NCBI GenBank assembly: GCA_009602725.1
Contig: WELB01000022.1
Location: 308,715-372,714 of the forward strand
Direction: 5' to 3'
Length of the DNA stretch: 64,000 bases
Origin: Spirogloea muscicola
Taxonomy: Eukaryota
Notes under the pieces: model-generated
What the model saw: the letters and a program-made list of their open reading frames with translations, nothing else
What the model was told of the DNA's origin: nothing
Databases searched by the model: none
Made by a program: the position numbers and the translations under genes
In this document: positions 1 to 12,041 of the stretch, one piece after another
Layout: every line of letters begins with the position of its first letter
How positions within the stretch are numbered: the first letter of the stretch is position 1

Positions 1-660
1 GTGCATACGACGTCCTGTGCGAGCAAGCCAGCGGCGTTGAAGTCAGCTTGCTCGTCCCGCCTGTGGGACACAGCGCGGCGCGCAAGCCGGGTGAAAAAGG
101 TCCAGCTATTGAGGCCCGAAAGCCCGATGCACATCGATGGCCAGTGGAGCGGGTTTGCCGCATGGTCCACGTACTTTGCCGAGAGCGGCATTTGGTGCTG
201 CATGCCCAGCCTTCGAGCACCCCGGATTGGAGCGATTGCACCACATCTGTAATGACTACGTCCGCAATGATTCGCGGGACCCAGCCCGGCGTGGTAGCCA
301 CCAGGTCGACCCTCCGCATATGGAGTCCGTCAGCCCTGAATGGGCATGATGGACGTATTTTCAATGGCCACTGTGTACCCAGCCTCCAGGAATGCCAAAA
401 AGTGCATCCCTGAGGAGGCCGTGAGCAGCCGTTTGCTGGCCTCACATGCAAAGAGGAGGACATGTGCAGCCTGGTCCAATGAATCCGCTACCCGTTCGCC
501 ACATTCAGACTGCAGTATTACCAGAAGACAGGGCGAGGGAAGGCCCAGGAGGCGTTGGATGGCCTTGCGAAAATTGTCATCCAGCATCCGAAGGGCGTCG
601 TTCAGTGGAAGAGCCGAGGGCCAGGCCGCCACGCCAGGTGAGGATGGCGACCGCACTGGG
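1..660 (-). mobile_element. Degraded CRE-clade non-LTR retrotransposon fragment (zinc knuckle + restriction-like endonuclease region), running off window start
   Basis: Minus-strand frames read FRKAIQRLLGLP..SECG..H..EAGYTVAIENTSIMPIQ and RRVDLVA..PRIIADVVITD, colinear with the better-preserved copies at 15597, 22793 and 40894; frameshifts and stops present. Confidence 0.8.
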
Positions 661-689
661 CTGTGAAAAGCCAGACCGAAGAGAATGTA

Positions 690-1620
690 AGACTTGAGGA
701 GGGCGATGGCTGTGATTGGCCAGCCCAGAGTAAAACAATTGACGAAGTTCGAGGGGCCAGAAAGGCCGTTAGAGCACAGCGACTCAAGTTGCCACTGGGT
801 GCTCAACATCCCCTAGTGAGCACTGGTCTTTCTGACTTGCGTCTCCTAAGTTGAGTTTACTGAGGGATTATCCTACTGGGAAAGCTTTCGGAAAGCGCTT
901 TTCGGCCCCTTCAGACCTTGTCAATTCTTTTAGGGCTTGCTGTTCACAGAGAGAAGGCGCGCGGTACGCATGACACTGAAGAGTGAGGCCAATTCTAGCA
1001 CTTACAAATGTCCTGTTATGGCGTAATGAGCTAGCTACACAGAAACAGCTGATTCCAGCCCTCGCCCACTTTTGGAATTGCTCACTACGTCGGGGGCCCT
1101 GCCCACCGACCCCGGATGGCAGGCGCCATCCGGGTCCGACGAGGGCGAAGCAGCTTACACGGCCGGGCCTCCTGGCCGAGCGGTGCGAGGCGCGGCCGGA
1201 TCGATAGCTCCATTCTTTTGGGCTGGCCTCTCCCAGCCACCAGTTACTCTGGCCGCGCTAGCTCGAAGCAGCTTACACTAACCCCAATTTCACCGCCGGG
1301 CGGCAACCCGAGCGGCGGAACTTGGACGGCTGGGCGAGCCTTCCGGGGTGGCATGAACGTGGCGGCGCCGCACGGCCGCGGGTGCCCGAAGCTTCCGGCC
1401 CGTCGAGCAGGCCGGTGGTGACGTCGGCGGGCGGGGCCGCCCGAGGAGGCCCGCCGAGAGCCCGCGCGGCTAACGAGGGCCGCGTTGCCCTCTTCTCGTC
1501 CATTCCAGTCGGCCTGGCCTTCTTCACAGCCCTCGCCCGCGTCGTTCGTTTCTCTTGGGCGGGCCTCTCACAGTCGTGGCCTTATAGACGGGAAGAGCTA
1601 CGTCTCCTCCATACTGAACA
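690..1620. mobile_element. Cluster of short retrotransposon 3' ends in both orientations
   Basis: Repeated GGCTG-N8-CAGCC hairpin with upstream GGCCCCTTC..TTGTC motif (708-760, 905-950, 1209-1263, 1510-1575), ORF terminus GLSDLRLLS near 825-860, and a CATGCG(C/T)ACCGCGCGCCTTCTCT tail at 948-1040. Confidence 0.75.
1161..1263 (+). mobile_element. 103-bp insertion with CRE-type 3' tail and 15-bp TSD
   Basis: Perfect direct repeat CGAAGCAGCTTACAC at 1146-1160 and 1264-1278; the 3' half matches the TGGGCTGGCCTCTCCCAGCCACCAGTTA.TCTGGCCGCGCT tail found elsewhere. Confidence 0.8.
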
Positions 1621-1940
1621 GAGCCTTCTTGCTTTGGTCCTATTACCGGTCACCGCCCAGGCCACTGGAGCTAGGCGCCGCGGCGGTCGGGCGGCCATTC
1701 GCTGCGGCTACNGCTCCCGGCGGGCCGGCCGGCGGCCAGCGGCCAGCGGCCAGCACCCAGCGGCAGGGCGAGAAGGCGGCTCCATCCCGGACCGCAGCCA
1801 GGCGCACGGAGGCGCGGCGGCGGCTTGCGAGTCACGAGTGCCCGCTGGCGGAGGAGCGGCCGTCGCAGTGGCGGCGCTTGCCGCTGGCGCATTTAGTGAG
1901 GCCGTCCACTCGCCGGCCTCCCTGCCATGTCTGGAATCCC

Positions 1941-2441
1941 ATGTTAGGGACCTCAGGAGGAGGACACTCATCGCCAGTAGAGGGTACCCGGGTTAGTGCC
2001 TCAAGCGATAGGTGCACTTGGTTGCGGCTGCCGAGGCAAAGGCAAATCCTGTCCACGAACAAGTCCTTCTTGGACTTCCCTCTGCGTCCGCGCTCCAAGC
2101 CCGTAGCAGAGGACCAGGATGGGGAGGCCGGAGACTCTGTGGAGAACGAGAAGTCAAGGACGAAGCAAGCAATGGCCTTCTTGGCGAGAGCTGTAAGGCA
2201 GGCCTGCAAGTTGCCAGGCTTGCTTACGCGTACGGCCGGCGAGCTGCTGCTCAGCCTCCTTGGATTCGCAGCCGCTGTTGTAGGTATTGTCGTGGCAGCC
2301 CTTGGCATCTGCTGTGTTGGGTTGATCCTCTCCATCTACATGCTCCTCCTAATGATCCTTCAGAAAGTAGGGCTTGCCCCTGCTAGGCTAGAGGAGAAAA
2401 AGAGGTCGTTGTGGAGTAAATTCCACTCCATTGTTGAGTAG
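1941..2441 (+). CDS. Hypothetical membrane protein (start and exon structure uncertain)
   Basis: Open frame with a long hydrophobic stretch LLLSLLGFAAAVVGIVVAALGICCVGLILSIYMLLLMIL followed by a basic tail, downstream of a GC-rich region; no family recognised. Confidence 0.3.
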   Translation: MLGTSGGGHSSPVEGTRVSASSDRCTWLRLPRQRQILSTNKSFLDFPLRPRSKPVAEDQDGEAGDSVENEKSRTKQAMAFLARAVRQACKLPGLLTRTAGELLLSLLGFAAAVVGIVVAALGICCVGLILSIYMLLLMILQKVGLAPARLEEKKRSLWSKFHSIVE

Positions 2442-3833
2442 ACCCTTGTCGATGCGGTCCTCCAGAAGACATGACATGATGCTTAGAGCGTAAGCTATGG
2501 TAGGCTGAAGCGCAGTGCAATACCAAGGCATGCTGCTTCTTGTGTTCCCTTGCAGTTGCCTTTGTACAATAGTCGGGCTGGAGAGAACTCTCCATATACT
2601 TTAGAAGCTTTTACAAATGACAGACCTTCCTTACCTTCTTGGATTGAGTGAAGTTGTTTTAGACTGAAAGTGTTGGTGTGTACAGCCCTTGTTGTCCGTT
2701 TGTCTTGTAGATTCTACGTGAAACATTTTAGCAGCAACCCTTGAGGCTCAAGCTGGTGTTTAGTGGCTTGCTTTCCCAAGCATTTGCTTTCTTTACATAT
2801 ATCCCAATCACCATGGCTGGACATTGACAGTGGCCTATATTATGCTTGCTTGTTAGCCACCTTGGGCAGGCACAGTATCACAGTATCTACTTCACAAATG
2901 GTGACTTCATTTGCAACAAGTTGTTTCAGGTTGACTTAGCAGTGAGTGCGGGAAGAGCTTGCAGTGAGAACCATAGCATGTCTGACAGTACCGCAAGTGA
3001 TGATATGCTTTGGACTTAGCCCTATGATGTATTGATAAGTACTCTGGTGCCACCCATTTTATAAGCTTGTGCTCTGCAAGATGTTGCTAACTCTTTGGTA
3101 ATCGGCCCCAAATTGTGCAATCTGTATCCGTCCTTGGGGCTTTTGGCAGCTCTTAGGACAGACTTCCCTTTCAGCACGCAAAGATATTGCGTGCCTCTGG
3201 AGAAGCAAAAAGGCCTTCTGGGTCTGACTGCTGAGCTGGAATCGAACTCCGGCCCAATTTAAGTACCATTGTCTCCTCCTGCCCGAGGTCATCGCCCTAC
3301 TGCCTGACAGCTCTGTATGTAGACTGAGCATGCAACTGCTGCACAAGGAGCAGGTCTGCGTGGAGCATTCTTCGCTAAGAGGCAGTGGCTGAGAGCTTCC
3401 AGCCCAGAAGGAGAGACAAGCGAGCAGCCCAAGCAAACGGGTGCTTGCCAGAGCAGAATACCATCAGTATGTCCCGAGAACGGCAACTCCCAGCCATCAG
3501 TTTTTGTGAATGTAAAATGCTATCCCAAAATGGAAGCAATGGCTGTGAATGGCTAGCCCAAAGAAGAGATGGCCAAGGGGCCAGAAAGCGCAAACCACGC
3601 AGAATGTCAATTGGCTACTAAGAATGGCCTCTCAGTCAACCTTGTCACTTGTCACATCCGCAAGTTGCTATTGTAGCAACTAAGAGAATCTAGCAGCAGG
3701 AAAGTAAACAGCGGCTCGTCCAAGGGGGCAAGGGCTGCGAAAATTCAGCCCACAAAAGAAGGAACGAGGTCCAGAGGAGGAAGATTCTGCATTGCCGCCT
3801 GCTCCACCGAGCATTGCCCATGTAGGATGAAGC

Positions 3834-3955
3834 CCTCTACTGGAAGAGTCTTCATTCTGCCCTTAGCCAACTCATTACCCCGTTACCAGGACATTTGTAA
3901 AGCTAGAATTGGCCTCTCTTTCAATTTCATGCGCACCGCGCGCCTTCTCGCTCTT
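3834..3955 (+). mobile_element. Retrotransposon 3' end (GCGC-hairpin type) with imperfect 15-bp TSD
   Basis: CATGTAGGATGAAGC 3819-3833 vs CGTGGAGGATGAAGC 3956-3970 (13/15); body closely similar to the insert at 15928-16022. Confidence 0.65.
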
Positions 3956-4108
3956 CGTGGAGGATGAAGCGCTGGGACACAGGAGTGAGAGACTTGAGCC
4001 GCGCTGCTCAGACTGCGACACGTGTAGAGCGCAAGCTCGGGCCCCTTGAGAAAGGCTGAAGAACATCAAGTGTCTCCACGTTCTCCCGCTCCTCTTGACC
4101 TTGTGCGA

Positions 4109-4928
4109 AAAGCAAGCGCGACCAGATTGACTGGTTGCTGGGAGAAGCCAGCCCAAAAGGAATGGACAAGGTCTGAAGGAGCCGGAGTGCGAAGGACTAA
4201 GACATCAGCAAAGAAGAAGTGGCTCTCCCAATGGGGGCGAGGGCTGTGAGGAGCCAGCCCGAAAAGAATTGACAAGGTTCGAAGGGGCCAAAGTACGAGC
4301 TAAGCAGCGACTGCGGGGCCTGAAGAGGCTATGGCAGAACGGGGGAGGAGAGTTCAGCAAAGGGGACTCTCAGACTGACTAGAGGTTACTGAGAGTCCGC
4401 TTGCTGCTGTCTCAGTCCTTAGCACTCCGGCTCCTTCAGACCTTGTCCATTCCTTTGGGCTGGCCTCTCCCAGCCACAAGTCAATCTGGCCGCGCTTGCT
4501 TTCCGACTCTCAGTAACCTCCTAGTCAGAAGATGCAAGACTGAATAGCTAGCTGGCGGAAAGACGTCGCCCTGACGGAAGCCGGAGGCCGCCGCCAAAGC
4601 GCGGCCTGCGCGCAAGTGAACCGCGAAGGCAAGACCTGTCGATTCTTTTCGGCTGGCGTCTCCCAGCCACCAGTTAATCTGGCCGCGCTTGCTTCGAAGG
4701 CAAGGGACCGCTGCAAAGAGATGGCCAAGCGCATCCGGAAGACTTGACGGAGGGACCCGGCGACGTTGAAGCCGGGCTGCTCGCCCTGCTGCCCGTGGCG
4801 GCGGGCCGCTGCACGCCGCGCAAGGCAGTGAAGCAGGTCAAGCCATTTCGTGCCAAAGGCGCCGTGTACGTCGACGGCGAGTGAGACAAGGACAAACTCG
4901 TCTTCTACCGGGTGATCCACGCGAGGCG
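4109..4928 (-). mobile_element. 5'-truncated CRE element with three nested younger insertions
   Basis: 12-bp TSD GACCTTGTGCGA at 4097-4108 and 4929-4940; ORF DHPVEDEFVLVSLAVDVHGAFG..RLAISLQRSLA; nested inserts at 4214-4353, 4374-4504 and 4634-4694, each with its own TSD. Confidence 0.85.
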
Positions 4929-4989
4929 GACCTTGTGCGACAAGCCCTCGCCCCCCCTTGGAAGAAGTCAGCAGTCACAGGAAGAAGTT

Positions 4990-5950
4990 TCGTATTTTGG
5001 CGCATTTAGGCCCTTTCAGGTCTTCTTCAGTTCTTTAGGCTGGCCTCTCACGGCCTTTGCCTTACATTGGCAGAGCAGTTTTAACTTTGAGAGAGCTACT
5101 TCTCTTGAGACCATGACCTGCTGGCGCCTCCGGTCGCGCCAGAAGTGGGCCCGTGAAGGCCAGCCAAACGAGAGTGCTGACGATGGGAAGAAAGGGGCTC
5201 TTCTAAAGGGACGAGGGCTGTTGATCTGGCCTCGCTTCCATTTCATGAGCACAGCGCGCCTTCTCCCTTCCCCTCTTAAGGATTTCCCTTTGTTCTTCTT
5301 GAGCTCCTGCATGGCATAGCGCGCACCACTGTGTCCCGCCGTTTCCAAGGGAAGCAGGCCAGTTCAACGAGGCAGGTTCTCTCGCCCAGGTATATCACAT
5401 GCGCCTGTCAGTATCGCTGCAGCGGTCAATAGCACATGCGGTTGCATCTGCGTGCTGGTCGCGCTTTGGCTGCAGCCTCAAAAAATAGACAGAAGACTCG
5501 CTACTCGGAGACCAGTTTCTCTGACCTGCGGCTGCTCAACAGGGGAAATTGAGCACCCAGTGACCACCTGAGTCGTTGTGTGCTTTCGCACTTTTCTGAC
5601 CATTCTTTTTGGGCTGGCTTTGCCAGCCCCTCTTCTCTATGGGCGCGCACTTCTCTTTCTGGCCCCTTCGTACTTTGTTTGTTCCTTTGTCTGGGCTGGC
5701 CAAACACAGCCATCGCCCTCTACTGGAATAGTCTTTCTTCTTCGAAAGCGCTGTCTTCTCTTTCCTCTTCATACAATCAGGTGAATGGCTTGCTTTGGCC
5801 TTCCCTCTCATTCCATGCTCATGGCGGGCCTTTGCTCCTCTCCTTTTGCACTAGCTTTTGCCTAAACAGTGTGTAGGCTTAATTTGGCCTCCCTTTCTTT
5901 TCAGGCGCACCGCGCGCCTTCTCTCTTTCGCTTCCCTGGTTAGCGGTCGG
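4990..5950. mobile_element. Cluster of CRE 3' ends, mostly plus strand
   Basis: Hairpin motifs at 5037-5055, 5611-5630 and 5693-5712; ORF terminus FSDLRLLNRGN* near 5517-5552; GCGC-type tails at 5245 and 5905. Confidence 0.75.
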
Positions 5951-6035
5951 GCTGGCTCCTTGCGCCATTGCCTTGCGTTGGATGAGCTTTTCCTTTCTTC
6001 CTTGCGCCGTCTGCCTGTCCGTGCGCCCTGCTTGC

Positions 6036-6205
6036 GCCCTGTCTAGTCTTTGGGCATCAATTAGCGACCTCTACGTGCTGACTCGTGGTTACTGAGCGGG
6101 TCAGCTTAGCAGCAGGTGATGTACATCGAAAATGGTGTACATCTGTCTATGTGCTTGTCCTTGACTTAGCCACTCAGGCCCTCCATCACTCGATACACAC
6201 CTCAT
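6036..6205 (+). mobile_element. CRE 3' end (GGCC-hairpin subfamily) with TSD
   Basis: ORF end ASISDLYVLTRGY*; TSD (C/T)GCCCTGCTTGC at 6024-6035 and 6206-6217; 3'UTR matches copies at 17281, 21545 and 41837. Confidence 0.8.
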
Positions 6206-6424
6206 TGCCCTGCTTGCAGGCCGGGCTCCCCTCCGCCACCGCCGCCGCCATTGCCCGCTTCCGGCGCTCGCGCTAAGATATCCGCCGCTCGAGCGCTCGC
6301 TGCGCGCGCGTGACCTTGCTCGGCCTGGCGGCATCCGAGGCCCGAGCTAGGGCCAGCCACAACCACGACAGCCCGCCCGTAGGGCTGCTGCGCCTGGCCG
6401 AGGCCGGCGCTGGTTGTGACGGCG

Positions 6425-9400
6425 ATGGGGGCCACCGGAAGCGCTCCGACGCCCTCATCGCAGCAGGCGGGGGCTGTGCGCGAGCCGCTGCTGGGGGCCG
6501 CCTCGGGGAGCCACGGAATTGAGAGGGCAGGGAAGGACGATGAATTTGCTGCTCCTGATCCCGAGAAGCTGGAGCCTCCCAGGGACTCCAGCCTAAGGGC
6601 CACGGTATGTCGTCCAGGCAGGTGTTCAAATCTTCAGCGGGATAACACGAGCCCTGAGAGCCGTTCAATTGCACACAGAGACTGTATTGCATTCTCACTG
6701 CAGCATTGCCTGCGTCACTGTGGCATGTAGAACAATGGGAGTGCAGCACACGTTGACCACGTCTAGGCTACACGTGCTGCTACTGCATGTGCTGTTCTGA
6801 GTTGGCTGGTCTGACATAAGGAACCTCTCGCTCATGGCGTCACCAGGGAGTAGGAGTGGATAAGACATCGATTGGGAGCGTCGCATTTCTGATGCTTGTC
6901 TCCTTGACGATTGCCCTTGGCCCGTTTTCCTTTGGTTACTCGGTCAGCTCTTTGGCCCATCATGTGTCCGCAAAGCCTTTGGTGCAACTATATTTCAGCA
7001 CTAAGAGGGACTATCAGTTGATGCAAGCTGAATGAGACCTAGAGTTGTGCTACGAAAAGAACTTGTAGTCCAAGACAAGTGATGAAGCTTCTCTTGCTGT
7101 AGATTGTTGAGATTGCTGAGATCAAGCAGGAACTTTGTCCATGGTGTGATTCTCTGTGCTGTGGTGTTACTAATTCGGTACCTACTCTGTCTGATATTTT
7201 GGCCAGTTAGGCTACACTTCACCTGCTCTTCCGGAGATGACCGATGATTTAGGCCTCAGCAATGGGCAGGCGTCACTATTTGCAGCCTTGGTTACAGCTG
7301 GTGCCATGCTGGGGGCATTGGCAAGTGGCAACTTAGCTGACAGATTGGGACGCAAATTTTGCCTTGCTGCGGCAGCAGTGCCCAACATTGGAGGTTGGCT
7401 TATGATTGCTTTCGCCAAGGTTGTTCTAAGCTCCCACTCCTGATCAATTGGAGCTTCAGCGGCAGGCCATTCTGTAGTGTGACCCGAGGGCTGTTGTGGC
7501 TGAGCAGCACATTGTTTCCACGTTTGACCTGATAATGAGAGTCTGAAGTACTAGAGTGTGAATGGAGTGAGAGCCAGAGCTTTGCTGCAGTTCTTTACTT
7601 TTGCAGCTTGTCTCCCCCTCCTCTGTACAGGCTGTAAGCTTGATCCTGGTGCCGATATTTTCTCATGTGGTGTGAAACGTGTAATTCTAGTAGAAGGCTG
7701 ACAAGCTTTCTGTCCTTCTGCAGCACGTTCCACCACTGTATATTGGACGCGTTCTTGTTGGTTTTGGGACTGGTGTATTCTCCTTTGGGGTAAGTCGCCC
7801 AGGATTAATGCAGAGAGTAACAGAGAAGCCGTTAGTCTCTGCGTATGGGCAGGTACTCTAGGACTTACACAGTAAGTCCTTGAGTAAAGCTAAACAACAT
7901 TTTGCACGGGGAACATGATGCTTTTGCTTCTGCACGGGCTCAGGCTGCCTGGCTGAGTAGCAGAAGACTCAACTGCTGCTGCTACAGTAATGTTTTTCCC
8001 TGTTCTCGCCAAGATTTTGGACATAAGAGGTAGCAGGGAGAACATCATGCAAGTGCATTGTTTAGATTGCTCATTAGTTGCTGTTCTTCTGTGTAGGCAC
8101 CTGTTTACATTGCAGAAGTTGCACCTGCAGAGTGGCGTGGCACTATGGGGACCGTCAATCAGCTTGCGATTACTTTGGGTATTATGGCCGTATATGCACT
8201 TGGAATTGCATTGTCTTGGCGTGCGCTCGCCTTCTCAGGTTGTTCAATGACCTACAATTGCTACTGATTTGATATTTATAGCAAGTCATTGACACTTCCT
8301 TGTTTGCACTGGATCTTCAGCTAAGACCATGCTCTACATTCACAATATGGCCCAACGTCTGGTACTTCAAAGATGACAATTCGTAAAGGATCAGAGGTGC
8401 TCATGACACAAGGCATGCTCTGTCTTGCACGTGGGCACTTCATTGTTGCAATGCAGGTACCATTGCTCTGATCCTACTTCTTTTCGGCCTCCTCATCATA
8501 CCCGAGACACCAAGGTGGCTTGCACGCCATGGCACGAAGGAGCAGCTCATTGCCTCACTGCAGATCCTTCGTGGGAAGGGGCATAGCATACACGCTGAAC
8601 TTAGGGAAATACAGGTCAGTCACACAGGTGCCCAATGCTTTTGACATGGACAGCTGTATACATCAACCACAGGTTTTGCTAAATCCACACACAACATTTT
8701 CAAGCTGCACAACTGTCACTTAGTATCTTGTACATCACTTAGGTGACCGCAGACCCTTGCTTTTGCTCTCATACTATGGCTTGATTGTTGCAGGATACTG
8801 TGGAAGCTTCCAAGGCGCAACCTAGAGCCAGGCTGACTGACCTCTTTTCACCATCTCTGCGCAAGCCACTGGTGGCTGGCATAGGTCTCATGGTGTTTCA
8901 GCAATTCAGCGGCATAAACTCAATCATCTTTTACGCAGGATCAATTTTCAATGACTTCAATCCCGAACTTGCCAATCAGTTTGCATTCTACTTGACAGCG
9001 TTGCAGGTATCATATCCTTATAAGTCCAAAGCTATGTCAGGCGTCGAGTGTCTGTAGTATTGCTGCCTAGTACCTCTCAGCGACAAGGCTTCACGGGCTG
9101 ACTGGTAGGGCGGTCTTTTCGGCAGGATGACTTTATCAAGTCGCTCCAGTGCAGGTAGTCTTGACGTGCGTGACTGCTGGCATCATGGACAGGATGCCGC
9201 GGCGCATTCTTCTCATGGTAAAGCTCGTCACTGCGTGGCTGCTCATGCATGACATATGGTCATGCCTGCACAATACTTGCTGTGCTTTCTGCTTTCACAA
9301 GAGGCCTGTGCGATTTGCCTATTTATGTAGCAAAGTATGTGCTCTTGCTTTGTCTTGTTCTCTCTTCCATCAACCGGCTCAGCTGACTATGGTGGGTTAC

Positions 9401-10375
9401 TACACTGTGCTCCATATCAGGGAGAAATCTGAGATTCTCTCTTGTTGTGTCCAACATAAGCCAGCTATCAGGAACAGGAATGGCTCTCAGCATGTTCGTC
9501 TTTGTTTATGCGCTCCATTCACAACCTACTTCACATGAGGTTGGCAAGCAAGCAGGAAATGAAATGCTTATGCTTGCCAGCCTTTTGGTGAGTAAGTCCT
9601 CTAGTATCTATCATGAAGCTTGTGCATGACCCCTTACTAAGCAATCAACCTGTGTGATATTATACTTTGACAAGAGGAGTCTCTATAACCATGAGCTCAT
9701 GGCTTGGTACCTAGAACTGTGGGCACAGGTTCAACACGAGCAAACAGGCACTGGAGATTGGCCATTGTACTACCTGTGTGCCATGAAATCAAAAGTTGTG
9801 TTTGAGGCTGCAGGTGTACATATCATCATTTGCTTTGGGTCTGGGAGCAGTACCGTGGATTATTGTATCTGAGATATTTCCCGTGCGTGTCCGGGGACTG
9901 GCTGGCAGTCTAGCTGCCCTGTTCAATTGGTCCAGCGCATTTCTGGTCACTCAGTCATTTGGTTGGCTGCGCAAACGCAGTGCTACAGGTTGCCATCTTG
10001 CTACTCAGCCTCACTCCAACAATAGCAGCAGTTGAATGTGCAGACCATCTTGGTATCACTTGCTACTGAGACATTGCCTTCAACTCAGGACTCACCTTTG
10101 CACTGTACTTTCTCAACAGTTGTGCCACTCACACGAAACACAGTGGTTGCAGAGCAATATCTGCTACTTGCACTTCGTGCTTGGGCACCGAGCATGTAAG
10201 TTGGTTGTGGGCCAGCTTTGACCTCTGCTGCTGACACATTGCTTTTGATTGCTCAGGGACATTCTCCGGCTATGGCGTGCTGTGCTTGCTACTGGTGGCT
10301 TTTGTGGCACTCTTTGTGCCAGAAACACGTGGACGCACCTTGGAAGAGATTGAGGCCTCATTTGGCATCAAGTAG
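6425..10375 (+). CDS. MFS sugar porter, ERD6-like/vacuolar hexose transporter (multi-exon)
   Basis: Exons give [64 protein letters not shown] and [17 protein letters not shown]-terminal REPLL dileucine-type motif; GT-AG introns; stop TAG 10373-10375. Confidence 0.93.
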
Positions 10376-11039
10376 TCCATACCCACAACTGCAAAGATTG
10401 ACCAAGCTATCCCGTCCTGTCACACCCGTGGCCTTTAGCTAGGAACCCACGTGGTAGGCAGTCCTGGCATGGTTAAGGTGCCAGAATTGTAATCCTGCAG
10501 CAAGAAATCATGAGGAAGAATTTCCAATAGCCACAGTGAGCACACCATCTTAGCAAACCAGAGAATAGCAGTGTCCACCACAACCTTGACTCCCATTGAA
10601 AAGTTGCTGACCCCCACTTGTGCAAGCGTCTGTCAATTTGTGATACTGTGTTAGAAGCAGCAGCCAGCGGAACTGGAATCTCGGCCGGTCGCCATGCCAG
10701 CCACGCTCTTGAAACAAGCGCATGAGTGATGACGATTACTAGCCATGCCTAGGCAAGCTGTGCAGGTGGGGAGCTGCCCACTTTGCAACTCATGGGCGTG
10801 TTACGGAGAGGGAAGGCAGGACAGTCAAGACCCGTAGGTGAAGCGCGCCTTCACACAATATTCAGACTCTCACTCAAGCTCAATGCAGTATCATGCTAAA
10901 CCCAGTAGGGGGCGCCCCAGTAGGGGCGTGCAATTCACCACAGAGCTTGAACTATGGGGCGAGGGCCCTGTCCTTGACCAGCCACAGGTCGCCGGCCCGG
11001 CGATACAGCCGCGGTGTAGGCGGACTTTCAATCGGCCAT

Positions 11040-11700
11040 GGAAGAGAGCTCTCTCAAGAGGCGTGATGGCTGTGAAAGGCCAGCCCAAGGAGAAAGGGCA
11101 AGGTCAAGGGAAAGCCTGATCATGGAAGCACGAAGCTTGGCAGGACATGATCTACCTGCGGCTAGTGACTCAGTAAGCCTTTAGGCAGCAGCTACTAGAA
11201 GAAAAGCTTGCAAAAGCTTTTACAATTCGGGCGATCGCCGGAAGGTAGAAGCTCTTGGCTGTGAAAGGCCAGCCCAAAAGGAACAATAAACGCCAGCCGG
11301 GAAGGAGTCGCCCCGCAATCAAAGGGCGACGGCTGTGTCGATGTGGATGGCTGTGAGCTCGTCCACAAGGATGCGGCGGCGGCGGAAGATCTCTTCTTTC
11401 TGTATGCACCTGGCTGGCCTTAACAGCAGCACTTGCAATGTCAGCAGCCACATTCTCTTTTTTCTTTCACTGTCGCCGCGGCGGGCCCGCGGTCCCTGTG
11501 GCGTGGGGCGAGGCCCATCACCCTCTTATCATGGAAGCGTCTTTCTCTTTTACAATAAAACGCGGCCCGAGTGCTCCATAGCCTGCCTTCCTATGAAGCA
11601 GAGAAGGCGCGCAGTGCGCATGCCATGGAAGAAGGGATGCTAGATCAAGCCAGTACACTGTACAGGCAAAAGTACATAAGGGCCAGAGAGTTGTAGTTAA
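11040..11700 (-). mobile_element. Small cluster of CRE 3' ends between convergent genes
   Basis: GGCTGTGAAAGGCCAGCCCA at about 11068 and 11257; tail GAGAAGGCGCGCAGTGCGCATG at 11601-11622. Confidence 0.7.
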
Positions 11701-12041
11701 GCGAAAGAAAAGCGCCCCCCTTGCGCCACCACCAAGCTTCTAGTCCAAGTAAATATATGCGTATCCACTGCTCACAGGCGCCCTGAGTCCAGTGTGGTCG
11801 TCCAGGAGTCCAATACGGCACATGGAAAGTGGCCACTCCAACCACAAGGATGATATCCAAGAGACCTGCTCGTGCTGGTCTGTTGGGAACCTGTATATAA
11901 GCACACAGCAACCATGCCTGTGCACAAGAGCGTTCTTAAAACCCTGCAGACGTCATAGTTAATCACATCGCCCATGCTTTGCTATCAGCAGCCGCAATCT
12001 CTTCTGCTTGTGTACATCAGCGTGCCTACAGCCCAGCCGAT

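Noticed and set aside
3030..3330. Minus-strand KWVAPEYL resembling a kinase APE motif
   Set aside because: No other kinase motifs, and stops in frame.
4109..4503. About 100-bp inverted repeats suggesting a MITE
   Set aside because: The TSDs show two separate retro-insertions in opposite orientation, not terminal inverted repeats.
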